From: a virus
Taxonomy: Duplodnaviria; Heunggongvirae; Uroviricota; Caudoviricetes
Virus record (IMG/VR): IMGVR_UViG_2778261637_000006
DNA: 41,036 nucleotides
Strand: one strand, 5' to 3'
Shown here: piece after piece, positions 27,785 through 36,785 of the stretch
Numbering within the stretch: the stretch's first letter is position 1
How the letters are laid out: every line of letters starts with the position of its first letter
Notes under the pieces: generated by a model
Told to the model about the DNA's origin: nothing
Database searches by the model: none
The model's input: the letters and a program-made list of their open reading frames with translations, nothing else
Program-made: the position numbers and the translations under genes

Positions 27785-28549
27785 ATGAAAATGAAGACAT
27801 TACCCATCGTTCCATGGATTGGTGGCAAACGTCGCCTGGCAAAACACATCCTGCCGCTGTTTCCGGCGCATGAATGTTATGTGGAGCCGTTTTGTGGGGC
27901 AGCAGCGCTCTATTTTCTTAAGACACCCGGCAAGATCGAAGTCATCAATGATATCAACGGTGAACTGGTGAATCTGTACCGGGTGGTAAAGCATCACCTG
28001 GAAGAATTTGTCCGCCAGTTCAAATGGGCGCTGGTCAGCCGTCAGATCTACAAATGGCTGCAGATCACCCCGGAAGAAACACTGACGGATATCCAGCGTG
28101 CGGCACGGTTCTACTACCTTCAGAAGCAGGCGTTTGGCGGCAAGGTGGCAGAGCACAGCTTCGGTACCTCCACCACATCCCCGCCACGCTTCAACCTGCT
28201 GCGTATTGAAGAAGAACTGTCAGCAGCACACCTGCGGCTTTCCAGAACAGTCATAGAACACATGGACTGGCAACAGTGCATTGAGCGTTATGATCGTCCG
28301 CACACACTGTTCTACTGCGACCCACCGTACCTGGGTACGGAAGGCTATGGTGTGGATTTTCCTGAAGGGAACTACTCGCGGCTGGCAGAGCTGGCCCGGT
28401 GCATCAGAGGAAAAATGATAATTTCGGTGAACGATATCCCACAGATGCGCGAGGTGTTCACTGGACTGAACATACAGACAGTGAACATCAACTACAGTCT
28501 GGCGGGGAAATCTACGCCGCGCCGTGAACTGGTAATCTGCAACTTCTGA
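27785..28549 (+). CDS. DNA N6-adenine methyltransferase, Dam-like
   Basis: 254 aa; AdoMet motif FCGAAALYF then catalytic DPPY (FYCDPPYLG) in the order typical of Dam-type enzymes. Confidence 0.85.
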   Translation: MKMKTLPIVPWIGGKRRLAKHILPLFPAHECYVEPFCGAAALYFLKTPGKIEVINDINGELVNLYRVVKHHLEEFVRQFKWALVSRQIYKWLQITPEETLTDIQRAARFYYLQKQAFGGKVAEHSFGTSTTSPPRFNLLRIEEELSAAHLRLSRTVIEHMDWQQCIERYDRPHTLFYCDPPYLGTEGYGVDFPEGNYSRLAELARCIRGKMIISVNDIPQMREVFTGLNIQTVNINYSLAGKSTPRRELVICNF

Positions 28550-28552
28550 AAC

Positions 28553-28585
28553 AAAACCGGAAAGCACAATGCTTTCCGGTAAACC
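28553..28585 (-). terminator. Hairpin between convergent Dam and repressor genes; likely terminator for the repressor transcript
   Basis: Perfect 10-bp stem ACCGGAAAGC/GCTTTCCGGT, 5-nt loop; on the minus-strand RNA followed by UUUGUUU. Confidence 0.5.
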
Positions 28586-28665
28586 AAACAACTTCCACTA
28601 TGTCACTGGCGATGTTTTCTGAAAGCATCCAGATCAACCACCTGTCCTTTGTGTCCAGGTCAAAA

Positions 28666-29004
28666 TCAGCCTGCGAGTTTGCTTGGTTTGGGTTGAATGA
28701 AGACTTTGCCGACCTCAAGAATTGCCCTCCGTTGTTCGGGGCTCATTTCGTCGAATGCATCCATTAACTCTTTCTTTTCTTGTGACACATAAGGTGCAAC
28801 AACAGGCTGACTCCGCACCCCAGTAACTACATACAAAATATCTACACCGATTTCTGATAGTGCAGATAACTGCACTGCAGTAGGAGAAGTGCGATCTTTT
28901 TCCCAATCAATGAAAGTTCTCTTTGCCACACCTATAGCATCAGCCAACCCTTGCTGTGTAAGAGATAGACGCTCTCTTTCTTCTTTAATACGTAACCCGA
29001 TCAT
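28666..29004 (-). CDS. Prophage repressor candidate, XRE-family HTH
   Basis: 112 aa from ATG at 29004; HTH LSLTQQGLADAIGVAKRTFIDWEKDRTSP; divergent from the early operon. Confidence 0.75.
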   Translation of the reverse strand: MIGLRIKEERERLSLTQQGLADAIGVAKRTFIDWEKDRTSPTAVQLSALSEIGVDILYVVTGVRSQPVVAPYVSQEKKELMDAFDEMSPEQRRAILEVGKVFIQPKPSKLAG

Positions 29005-29028
29005 GTGAGTTTTTCTGCACTCTTTAAG

Positions 29029-29057
29029 TTGACTGGTGAGGTAATCTGCACCATAAT
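29029..29057 (+). promoter_or_regulatory. Candidate sigma70 early promoter for the ner-like/transposase operon
   Basis: TTGACT (29029..29034), 17-nt spacer, CATAAT (29052..29057); AAGGAG SD 6 nt before ATG 29105. Confidence 0.45.
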
Positions 29058-29104
29058 CTATCACACATAAGGCAAACATCATTGCATCAACAAAGGAGAC
29101 AACG

Positions 29105-29293
29105 ATGACTGCAGAACAAGTCAAAGCTCTCTTCCGCCAGCGCGGGATCACTTTCACCCGCTGGGCAGAAGAAAACGGCTACAACCGCAATGAGGTATAC
29201 CGCGTTCTCAATGGGCAGACCAAAGCCCGTTACGGTAAATCCCATGAAATCGCCGTGAAGTTGGGGCTGAAATCAACAGCTCAGGCAGCCTGA
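29105..29293 (+). CDS. Ner/Cro-like small DNA-binding protein
   Basis: 62 aa, first gene of the early operon, HTH-like ITFTRWAEENGYNRNEVYRVLNG. Confidence 0.55.
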   Translation: MTAEQVKALFRQRGITFTRWAEENGYNRNEVYRVLNGQTKARYGKSHEIAVKLGLKSTAQAA

Positions 29294-29345
29294 AGATTTT
29301 GAGTCTTTGTAAAAGGTTATCACATATCGCAAAAGAGGTATGCAG

Positions 29346-29654
29346 ATGAGTAAGACGAATGTTTCAAGCTCCGGCAGTCGCATCCTCCGGGTACTCAAAG
29401 CGCTGCGCGGTCATGCCCTGAACGGTATTTCCAACGGTGAACTGGCGGCAGCACTGCACGAGTCACCGGCAAACATCAACCGGGCACTCAACACCCTCAT
29501 TGAAGAAGGGTTGGCCCTGAAACTGGAAAACGGGCGTTTCGCGCCGGGCATCCAGTTACTGCAGATCGCTATGGCCCACAGTAACGAGATGGCACGTGCA
29601 CAGGATCGCATTAACGAAATCAACCAACGTGTCATTTCAGGTAGTCGTTTGTAA
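29346..29654 (+). CDS. Winged-helix-like putative regulator
   Basis: About 102 aa; ATG 29346 has better SD spacing than 29340; ISNGELAAALHESPANINRALNTLIEEGL resembles wHTH. Confidence 0.5.
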   Translation: MSKTNVSSSGSRILRVLKALRGHALNGISNGELAAALHESPANINRALNTLIEEGLALKLENGRFAPGIQLLQIAMAHSNEMARAQDRINEINQRVISGSRL

Positions 29655-29664
29655 GGAGTAATAA

Positions 29665-30576
29665 ATGGGACGCACCAAATCACCGATTAACACTGAACTG
29701 AACGCCGAGGTACCGCTGTCGGATGATCTCAATGTCAGTCTGAACGCCATGACACAGCATCGTATGGAGATCATGCAGCAGTTTGGCGATGGTCAGCCCT
29801 ATGAGCGTGATCGCATAGTTCATGAGGCTCGGTTTTATATGGCACAGAGCGCTGAGGCCATGCTGGAAGCAGGTAAACGACTTATTATTCTCAAAGAAAA
29901 TGAACCTCACGGGGACTTTGTTGGAATTGTAGAAGAACAACTTGGTCTGCATGTGCGCGCAGCACAACGAATGATGAAAGCATCTTTGAAATACCTTTCA
30001 CCAAAACTAGAGCCAAAAGCGACAACGTTGTCGCTTTTAGGTAAGGCAAAATTATTTGAACTTGTTGCTGAAGATGACGACGACCTTGCTGAACTGGCCG
30101 ACGGTGGCACAGTTGCCGGACTGACGCTTGACGATGTTGATCGCATGTCAGTACGTGAATTGCGTCAGGCCCTGCGCGAAGCGCGCGAAACCAACGCAGC
30201 ACAACAGCGCGTACTCGCCGACAAAAATGAAAAAATAGACTCACTCTCCACCAGACTGGAGAAGAAATCCCGTATTCAGCCACCTGAGCCTGATGAAGAG
30301 GTGAAGAAACTGCGGGCAGAAGTGACCGCGTTAGCGGTTGAGGCGGAATCTGCCATCGCCGTTCGACTGTCCAGCGCTTTTGAGACGCTGTGCGCATATT
30401 GTGCTGAAAACATGATTGATACCCCCAGAGACTTCATGGCAGGCCTGGTCTGTCAACTGGAAAGCACAGCGCGTAGCCTGCGCTCCACATTTGACCTGCC
30501 GGACGAGCCAACAGGCAATGCAGCGCCTTCATGGCTGACTGAGCCGACGCCACAGATTAACGGGCTGGAGGCATAA
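29665..30576 (+). CDS. Hypothetical protein with acidic/coiled-coil middle
   Basis: 303 aa, AAGGAG SD; between the ner-like gene and the transposase. Confidence 0.55.
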   Translation: MGRTKSPINTELNAEVPLSDDLNVSLNAMTQHRMEIMQQFGDGQPYERDRIVHEARFYMAQSAEAMLEAGKRLIILKENEPHGDFVGIVEEQLGLHVRAAQRMMKASLKYLSPKLEPKATTLSLLGKAKLFELVAEDDDDLAELADGGTVAGLTLDDVDRMSVRELRQALREARETNAAQQRVLADKNEKIDSLSTRLEKKSRIQPPEPDEEVKKLRAEVTALAVEAESAIAVRLSSAFETLCAYCAENMIDTPRDFMAGLVCQLESTARSLRSTFDLPDEPTGNAAPSWLTEPTPQINGLEA

Positions 30577-30579
30577 CCA

Positions 30580-32349
30580 ATGAATGCTGCCCTGACTGAA
30601 CGACTGGTTTATGTCGCCCGCGCGGCACGTGACGCGGGGCATGGTAAACGCGGCGCAGTATACGACGCTGCCTGTGCTGAACTTGGCATGTCCCGCGCCA
30701 CTCTGCTGCGCAGGCTGAAGGAGGTATCTGTGACTGATAAACGCAAAAAACGCGCCGATGCCGGGCGCAGCGCCCTGACCCGCGACGAAGCCGCGCTGAT
30801 ATCTGCCACACTGCGTGAGGCCACCCGCAAGAACGGTAAGCGTCTCTATTCCATCGCGGATGCAGTGGAAACCCTGCGGGCTAACGGCTTTATATCCGCA
30901 GGCAGAACAGATGAAACCACCGGTGAGTTTTTCCCGTTGTCCGAAGATGCCATCAGCCGAGCCCTGCGTAACTATGGCCTGCACCCGGAACAACTGGATG
31001 CCCCTGCGCCGCATACCGAAGTGGCCAGTCTGCATCCCAATCATGTCTGGCAGATTGACGCCTCACTCTGCACGCTTTACTACCTGAGCAATGGACATAA
31101 AGGGCTGCAGGTGATGGACAGCGCGAAGTTCTACAAGAACAAGCCCGCTAACCTTGCCCGTATCGCCAGTGACCGCGTGTGGAGTTACGAGATTACCGAC
31201 CATGCCAGCGGCTGGATTTACGTTGAGTATGTGACGGGCGCGGAATCAGGTGAGAACCTGTGTTCTGTGCTTATCAACGCCATGCAGGAGCGTGGCGGCG
31301 CAGACGTGCTGCACGGTGTGCCGAAAATACTCTATCTCGACCCCGGCTCGGCAAACACCGCGGGTATGACGAAAAACATGTGCCGCTCACTGGGCATCGA
31401 CCTGATAGCGCACAAGCCGCATAACGCCCGCGCCACCGGACAGGTGGAAAAGGCGCGGGACATTATCGAACGCAAGCTGGAGCCGGGTCTGAAGTTCCGG
31501 CCGGTTCACAGTCTGGAAGAACTCAACGCGCTGGCCGCGAAATGGCGCAGCCACTTTAACGCCACGGCTGTTCACAGCCGCCACGGTAAAACCCGCACGG
31601 ATATCTGGCTGAAGATTACTGCTGAGCAGCTGAAAAAAGCGCCTTCCGTTGAGGTATGTCGTGAACTGGCTGTGGCGGCACCAGAACTCCGCAAAGTCAC
31701 GCCAAAACTTCGTGTCTCGTTCCGGGGCACTGAATTTGACGTATCAACGGTACCGGGCGTACTGGTTGGTGAAAAACTGATGATTACCCGTAACCCGTGG
31801 CGCAGCGATGTGGCACAGGTGGTTCTGACCGGTGAGGACGGCCACGAGACGTTCTTCCTGGTCGAAGAGGTCAGAAAGAACGAGTTTGGCTTTGCTGAAG
31901 GCGCGGCGGTATTTGGCGAAAGTTACAAAGCCCTGCCGGAAACCCCGGCGCAGATGGCGGCAAAAGAAACCGAAGCGCTGGTCACCGGTACAGACAACGC
32001 CGCAGATGCAGCTGCCGCACGCAAGGCGAAGGCGCTGCCGTTCGGCGGGCGGCTTGACCCGTATAAACATATCGACGACACCACACTTCCGGCCTATATG
32101 CCGAAGCGTGGTCAGGCCTCTGACGTACGCGGGCCGCGCACTGAACAACGTCCCATGACTTATGTGGAGGCCGCGAAAGCCCTGCGCGATAAGTTCAGCG
32201 CCAACGGCTTTACCTGGACGCCGGAACATTACCGCCAGTTAACGGCACAGTATCCGGACGGCGTACCGGAAGCCGCACTGGATGAAGTCATGGCCACGCT
32301 GACCACGCCGGCCCGCAGCAGCGTTATCAGTATTGTTAACGGCAACTGA
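30580..32349 (+). CDS. DDE transposase, Mu A-like (rve/integrase core)
   Basis: 589 aa; integrase-core-like region from about residue 150 (HVWQIDASL, ILYLDPGSANT); followed by B-like ATPase and Gam. Confidence 0.85.
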   Translation: MNAALTERLVYVARAARDAGHGKRGAVYDAACAELGMSRATLLRRLKEVSVTDKRKKRADAGRSALTRDEAALISATLREATRKNGKRLYSIADAVETLRANGFISAGRTDETTGEFFPLSEDAISRALRNYGLHPEQLDAPAPHTEVASLHPNHVWQIDASLCTLYYLSNGHKGLQVMDSAKFYKNKPANLARIASDRVWSYEITDHASGWIYVEYVTGAESGENLCSVLINAMQERGGADVLHGVPKILYLDPGSANTAGMTKNMCRSLGIDLIAHKPHNARATGQVEKARDIIERKLEPGLKFRPVHSLEELNALAAKWRSHFNATAVHSRHGKTRTDIWLKITAEQLKKAPSVEVCRELAVAAPELRKVTPKLRVSFRGTEFDVSTVPGVLVGEKLMITRNPWRSDVAQVVLTGEDGHETFFLVEEVRKNEFGFAEGAAVFGESYKALPETPAQMAAKETEALVTGTDNAADAAAARKAKALPFGGRLDPYKHIDDTTLPAYMPKRGQASDVRGPRTEQRPMTYVEAAKALRDKFSANGFTWTPEHYRQLTAQYPDGVPEAALDEVMATLTTPARSSVISIVNGN

Positions 32350-32359
32350 GGAGGGAAAC

Positions 32360-33526
32360 ATGCTGGTACTGAAGCAGCAACTGAAAGAAGCCCGTATTCC
32401 ACAGGCGGTGGTGGCGAGAGCTGTCGATGTTTCTGAGGCCACGCTGGCCCAGATTGTGAATCATAACGCGTGGCCCCGCACCAGCCCCGGAGAAGTGCGC
32501 CGGCGTCTTGCGTCCTGGCTGGAAAGTCAGGGGATTGATACAACGAAGAGTTTTGATGCTGTACAGGGCGCGGCCACGCCCCGTACAGCGGGTACCACAG
32601 ATAAAACGAGCCTCAGTGAGGAAGAGAATATGTTACTCAAAAAACAGGTGTTATTTCCAGCAACCAAAAAAGCGTTTGGTCTTTTCCGTGACCCGTTCGC
32701 CGACGAAGCCATGCAGGGTTCTGATGATGTGTTCACCACCCCGGATATTCGCTACGTGCGTGAGGCGTTGTACCAGACAGCCCGTCATGGTGGGTTTATG
32801 GCCGTCATCGGTGAGTCCGGTGCGGGTAAATCCACGCTGCGCCGCGACCTGACTGAACGTATCAACCGCGAGAATGCGCCGGTAATTGTTATCGAGCCAT
32901 ACATCATCGCTATGGAAGACAACGATGTGAAAGGGAAAACCCTGAAGGCAGCAGCGATTGCCGAAGCCATTATCAGTACCATCGCACCACTGGAAAGCAT
33001 CAGACGCAGTCAGGACGCCCGCTTTCGCCAGTTGCATCGCGTCCTGAAAGACAGCAGCCAGGCGGGGTTCAGCCACGTTCTGGTGATTGAGGAGGCCCAC
33101 AGTCTGCCCATTCCGACACTGAAACACCTCAAACGCTTTTTTGAGCTGGAGTCCGGTTTCAAAAAACTGCTGTCCATCGTGCTGATTGGCCAGCCGGAAC
33201 TGGCGACAAAACTGTCTGAACGCAATATGGAAGTCCGTGAAGTCGTTCAGCGCTGTGAGGTGGTCGAACTTCTGCCTCTGGACAATAACCTTGAAGAGTT
33301 TCTGACGTTCAAACTGCAACGGGCCGGTAAACAACTGACGGACATTATGGACGCCAGCGCAGTGGATGCCATACGTGCCCGCCTGAGCAATCCGGGAAGT
33401 CATCGTAAAAATATGGTCAGCCTGCTGTATCCGCTGGCCGTCAGTAACCTGGTAATAGCCGCCATGAATCTGGCCGCTGAAATCGGGGTTCCACAGGTCA
33501 ACGCTGACGTTGTCAAAGGGGTTTAA
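32360..33526 (+). CDS. Transposition ATPase, Mu B-like (AAA+)
   Basis: 388 aa from ATG 32360 with GAGGAGGG SD; N-terminal HTH, Walker A GESGAGKST, Walker B HVLVIEEAH. Confidence 0.8.
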   Translation: MLVLKQQLKEARIPQAVVARAVDVSEATLAQIVNHNAWPRTSPGEVRRRLASWLESQGIDTTKSFDAVQGAATPRTAGTTDKTSLSEEENMLLKKQVLFPATKKAFGLFRDPFADEAMQGSDDVFTTPDIRYVREALYQTARHGGFMAVIGESGAGKSTLRRDLTERINRENAPVIVIEPYIIAMEDNDVKGKTLKAAAIAEAIISTIAPLESIRRSQDARFRQLHRVLKDSSQAGFSHVLVIEEAHSLPIPTLKHLKRFFELESGFKKLLSIVLIGQPELATKLSERNMEVREVVQRCEVVELLPLDNNLEEFLTFKLQRAGKQLTDIMDASAVDAIRARLSNPGSHRKNMVSLLYPLAVSNLVIAAMNLAAEIGVPQVNADVVKGV

Positions 33527-33528
33527 TA

Positions 33529-33798
33529 ATGAAATCCACCACAGGTATCAACCAGCAAATCAGCAAAGTGCAGTCAGCCATTATGGCGCTTAAGGCGACG
33601 AACACGGATGTACAAAGCATCACCATCAGGGGTAACAAACCTGTCATCCGCGTTTCCCGGAGTGCGCATTGCATGCGCATGCTTGAGCAGGGAAAGGCCT
33701 GTTATCTGTATACCGGTCATGACCACAGGGGACATTTCCGTCAGGGCGTTTTCGAACTGCACGGCTGTCGCGTCGTGTGGCCGGAATCTTTGTGGTAA
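33529..33798 (+). CDS. Hypothetical small early protein
   Basis: 89 aa, several Cys/His; coupled to the B-like gene. Confidence 0.5.
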   Translation: MKSTTGINQQISKVQSAIMALKATNTDVQSITIRGNKPVIRVSRSAHCMRMLEQGKACYLYTGHDHRGHFRQGVFELHGCRVVWPESLW

Positions 33799-33825
33799 TC
33801 AGCACAACAGGAGGAGTCATAAAAT

Positions 33826-34356
33826 ATGGCAAAAAGTACAAAAGGGGCAAAACGTATCAAAGCCGCAGCAGCACTCTGGGTGCCGGGGACACGCGAAGAG
33901 GTCATTGAGGGAATCAGACTGCTTGGTGACGCGCAACGTGAACTGGTCAGGGCTGAAACAGAAATGAATGACACCATTGGCGACATCACCGCACGTTATG
34001 CCCCGCTCACCGAGAGCCTGAAAAAACGCATGGCCGAACTGCAGTCCGGTATTCAGACATGGTGTGAGGCACACCGTGATGAACTGACCGGCAACGGGAA
34101 GGTGAAGTTCGCTAACCTCACCACCGGCGAGGTGCAGTGGCGAAACCGTCCGCCGTCAGTCAGTATCCGTGGGGCGGATAATGTTATTGAATTACTGAGA
34201 CGTCTGGGGCTTGAGCGCTTTATCCGTGTAAAGGAGGAAATAAATAAAGACGCCATCCTGAATGAAAAGGACGCCGTGAAAAATATTCCCGGTATTACCA
34301 TAAAAAGTGATATTGAGGATTTTTCAATAATTCCTTTTGAGCAGAATGTGCAGTAA
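33826..34356 (+). CDS. gam: Host-nuclease inhibitor Gam (Mu Gam / Ku-like)
   Basis: 176 aa; blocks such as RIKAAAALWVP, WCEAHRDELTGNGKVKFANLTTGEVQWRNRPPSVSIRG, GIEDFSIIPFEQ match Mu Gam as recalled. Confidence 0.9.
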   Translation: MAKSTKGAKRIKAAAALWVPGTREEVIEGIRLLGDAQRELVRAETEMNDTIGDITARYAPLTESLKKRMAELQSGIQTWCEAHRDELTGNGKVKFANLTTGEVQWRNRPPSVSIRGADNVIELLRRLGLERFIRVKEEINKDAILNEKDAVKNIPGITIKSDIEDFSIIPFEQNVQ

Positions 34357-34452
34357 AAACAGCATATAAGCTATTTAAAACAGCCTTTTCTTTTTTATTC
34401 CGGCATCAGCGCCGTGGGCTTCTGCACGCCGGAAACAGAGGAGAATTAAATC

Positions 34453-34647
34453 ATGATATTTAAATGTATTCAGTGCGAGAGGGATATAACAGCCCTGCGT
34501 TTTCACAGCGCCATCGCCGTGATGTCCGGTAAGTACCACGTACCTGCAGTACGCGTCACCCTGGTCTGTCCGTACTGCAGTCAGCATTTTTCGGCAGACG
34601 TGCCCGTCATGGAATTCTCCCGCCCTGACAGGGAGGACTCGCAATGA
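34453..34647 (+). CDS. Small zinc-ribbon-like protein
   Basis: 64 aa with CIQC and CPYC pairs. Confidence 0.5.
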   Translation: MIFKCIQCERDITALRFHSAIAVMSGKYHVPAVRVTLVCPYCSQHFSADVPVMEFSRPDREDSQ

Positions 34648-34916
34648 TTACCCCACAGGAAGCACGACAGCGCACCCGAACCCTTGTTGAACACTATGTC
34701 AACGAGTGTGAATGCCGCGACCTCACCGATGTGAAGCACGTCCTGACGGCGCTAATCAGCATGACCGCTCAGGCCATTGTGGCGACCAACGGAAAGGCGG
34801 CTGCCCTGCAGGTACTGGTGAACACACTCACCCACACGGCAGAGCACGATGTGCCGTACCGGATGGAAACCACTGCAGAAGGCGGCCTGAACATCACCGT
34901 CGACCGGAAACACTGA
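34644..34916 (+). CDS. Hypothetical small protein
   Basis: 90-aa ORF coupled to neighbours. Confidence 0.5.
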   Translation: MITPQEARQRTRTLVEHYVNECECRDLTDVKHVLTALISMTAQAIVATNGKAAALQVLVNTLTHTAEHDVPYRMETTAEGGLNITVDRKH

Positions 34917-34925
34917 GGGCGCGGC

Positions 34926-35231
34926 ATGACACGGAACACCGAACTCACCCGCACCGCCCTCTACCGTCTGGCCCTGCAGCGTTTCGGGCCGGACGCACAG
35001 GCCCTGAAACTGACAGAAGAGGCCGCTGAACTGGCGGCCAGTGCCGCCCGCAACCTGAACGGACAGGGCAGCGAAAGTGACCTCGCGGCAGAGCTGGCAG
35101 ACGTGGAAATCATGACAGAGCAGCTGCGCCTTCAGGGAATGGACCGGCTGATTGACTTCCACAAACAGAAAAAACTGGAACGCCTTGCCGCACGGCTGGG
35201 CGTCATGTACACCGGAGATACTGAACAATGA
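34926..35231 (+). CDS. MazG-like nucleotide pyrophosphohydrolase-type small protein (tentative)
   Basis: 101 aa with acidic helices TEEAAELAASAA and AAELADVEIMTEQL resembling MazG-like metal-binding motifs. Confidence 0.45.
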   Translation: MTRNTELTRTALYRLALQRFGPDAQALKLTEEAAELAASAARNLNGQGSESDLAAELADVEIMTEQLRLQGMDRLIDFHKQKKLERLAARLGVMYTGDTEQ

Positions 35232-35911
35232 CAGACCAGGATAAACACATTGAGAAACTGAAAAAGTTGCTGGCGCTGGCCGCATCCGGCAACCCTCACG
35301 AGGCCGCTCTGGCACTGCGCCGTGCCCGTAAACTGATGGATGTTCACGGCATCACACATTCCGACATCGCCATGAGTGATATTGATGAAACCATCAGTCA
35401 CTACTGGCCGACAGGCAGCCTCCGTCCACCGCGCTACATGCTGGGCCTGATGAACATCATCCGCGAGGCATTTGGTGTTAACTCCATCATTCACCCCGGC
35501 ACATATCCGGGTGTGGGGTTCTACGGCAACCGGGAACGGGCTGCACTGGCTGCGTACACCTGGGAAGTGCTGGCCCGCCAGCTGAAAAAGGCGCGTCAGC
35601 AATATATCAGCGCACAGAACAAAAGAATAAAAACTGCCACCCGTACCAGCCGTGGTGACCAGTTTGCTGAAGGCTGGGTGCTGGCCGTTATCAGTGAAAT
35701 ACAGTCCTTCGCCCTGACCGATGACGAACGTGAACTGATGCAGCAGTGGCTGGAACATAAATACCCGCAGACGCAAACCACCAGGGCGCGTAAACCGGGA
35801 AGAAGCCGCAATGGCGACGCCTCGCGCTATGCGGGGTTTCTTGAAGGGCAGAACGTCAGACTGCACCGCCCGGTCAGTGGGCAGGAACAACAGAAACTGG
35901 AGGCCAGATGA
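35228..35911 (+). CDS. DUF2786-like early protein
   Basis: 227 aa; N-terminus IEKLKKLLALAASGNPHEAALALRRARKLMDVHGI. Confidence 0.55.
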   Translation: MTDQDKHIEKLKKLLALAASGNPHEAALALRRARKLMDVHGITHSDIAMSDIDETISHYWPTGSLRPPRYMLGLMNIIREAFGVNSIIHPGTYPGVGFYGNRERAALAAYTWEVLARQLKKARQQYISAQNKRIKTATRTSRGDQFAEGWVLAVISEIQSFALTDDERELMQQWLEHKYPQTQTTRARKPGRSRNGDASRYAGFLEGQNVRLHRPVSGQEQQKLEAR

Positions 35912-36138
35912 TTACGCTATCAGGTAAAAGCCGGAAATTAAAAGCCTGCCGAATATCTGCCAGATACCTTTTTGCCCGCGCCTTTTTTAAGAACGTCAGG
36001 CCGGGGATCACAATTGGTGTTATTGCCGGACGCGAACAGGTTGAAAAATACATGTCAGGTGCATGGTGGAATAACGACCCTGTCATTGCTGCCCGTAATA
36101 TTCATATCAGTTGGGGGGATATTCAGAATGACGGCTGA
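35908..36138 (+). CDS. Hypothetical basic small protein
   Basis: 76 aa, ATGA overlap with the upstream gene. Confidence 0.4.
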   Translation: MITLSGKSRKLKACRISARYLFARAFFKNVRPGITIGVIAGREQVEKYMSGAWWNNDPVIAARNIHISWGDIQNDG

Positions 36139-36343
36139 ATCTGTTGTATGTGCCCTGTTCTGGTATTGTTTTGTCGGTTGGTGTACTGCTGAACTGCACC
36201 GCCGTTCAGGGTTTTATTCACGTTACAGTGGTGCTGGCTACTGGATTAGCTGGTCGGTGATGTTCCTGTGCTGGCCTGTGGCGCTTCCTTTATATGTCGA
36301 TTATATCGGTGGCGCAGGTAAAAGGAGCAACGATGATGACTAA
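36128..36343 (+). CDS. Small membrane protein (two predicted TM helices)
   Basis: 71 aa from ATG 36128; hydrophobic segments VVCALFWYCFVGWC and WISWSVMFLCWPVALPLYV. Confidence 0.45.
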   Translation: MTAESVVCALFWYCFVGWCTAELHRRSGFYSRYSGAGYWISWSVMFLCWPVALPLYVDYIGGAGKRSNDDD

Positions 36344-36785
36344 ACAACGTCTTATCCAGCTCATTCATATTGCCCGTAATGAACTGGGTATGGATGAAGA
36401 CACCTACCGCCAGATGTTACAGGGGCTGACCGGTAAAGCCTCAACCAAAGGAATGGATACCACACAACTAAACTGCGTGCTGGAATCCATGAAAAGGAAA
36501 GGCTTTCGCGTTAAGCCTGCCGGAAAAGCCAGCTCCGGTTTACCGCTGGATAACCATCCGCAGTCCAGGAAAATCCGTGCGCTATGGCTTGAAATGGCTG
36601 CTGCCGGCATTGTTCGTGACCGTTCAGAAAATGCATTAGCGCGGTGGATCAAGCGGGAAACGGGCATCAGCGCCCTGCGCTGGCTCAGTACTGAACAGGC
36701 AAGCAGTGTTATTGAGAAACTGAAGAAGTGGCAGCGCAGAGCTGCGGGAGTCAAACATGAGCGACCTGAATCAGTTTCGAAGTAA
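36333..36785 (+). CDS. GemA-like protein (Mu gp16, DUF1018-like)
   Basis: 150 aa from ATG 36333 with AAAGGAG SD; immediately upstream of mor as in Mu. Confidence 0.6.
   Translation: MMTKQRLIQLIHIARNELGMDEDTYRQMLQGLTGKASTKGMDTTQLNCVLESMKRKGFRVKPAGKASSGLPLDNHPQSRKIRALWLEMAAAGIVRDRSENALARWIKRETGISALRWLSTEQASSVIEKLKKWQRRAAGVKHERPESVSK

Noticed and set aside
30580-33526. Interpretation as an IS or Tn7/Tn402-like transposon (TniA/TniB-like pair)
   Set aside because: The pair is embedded in a complete Mu-like early operon (ner-like, Gam, GemA, Mor) with a full virion module, so a phage A/B transposition system fits better, although the transposase is shorter than MuA.
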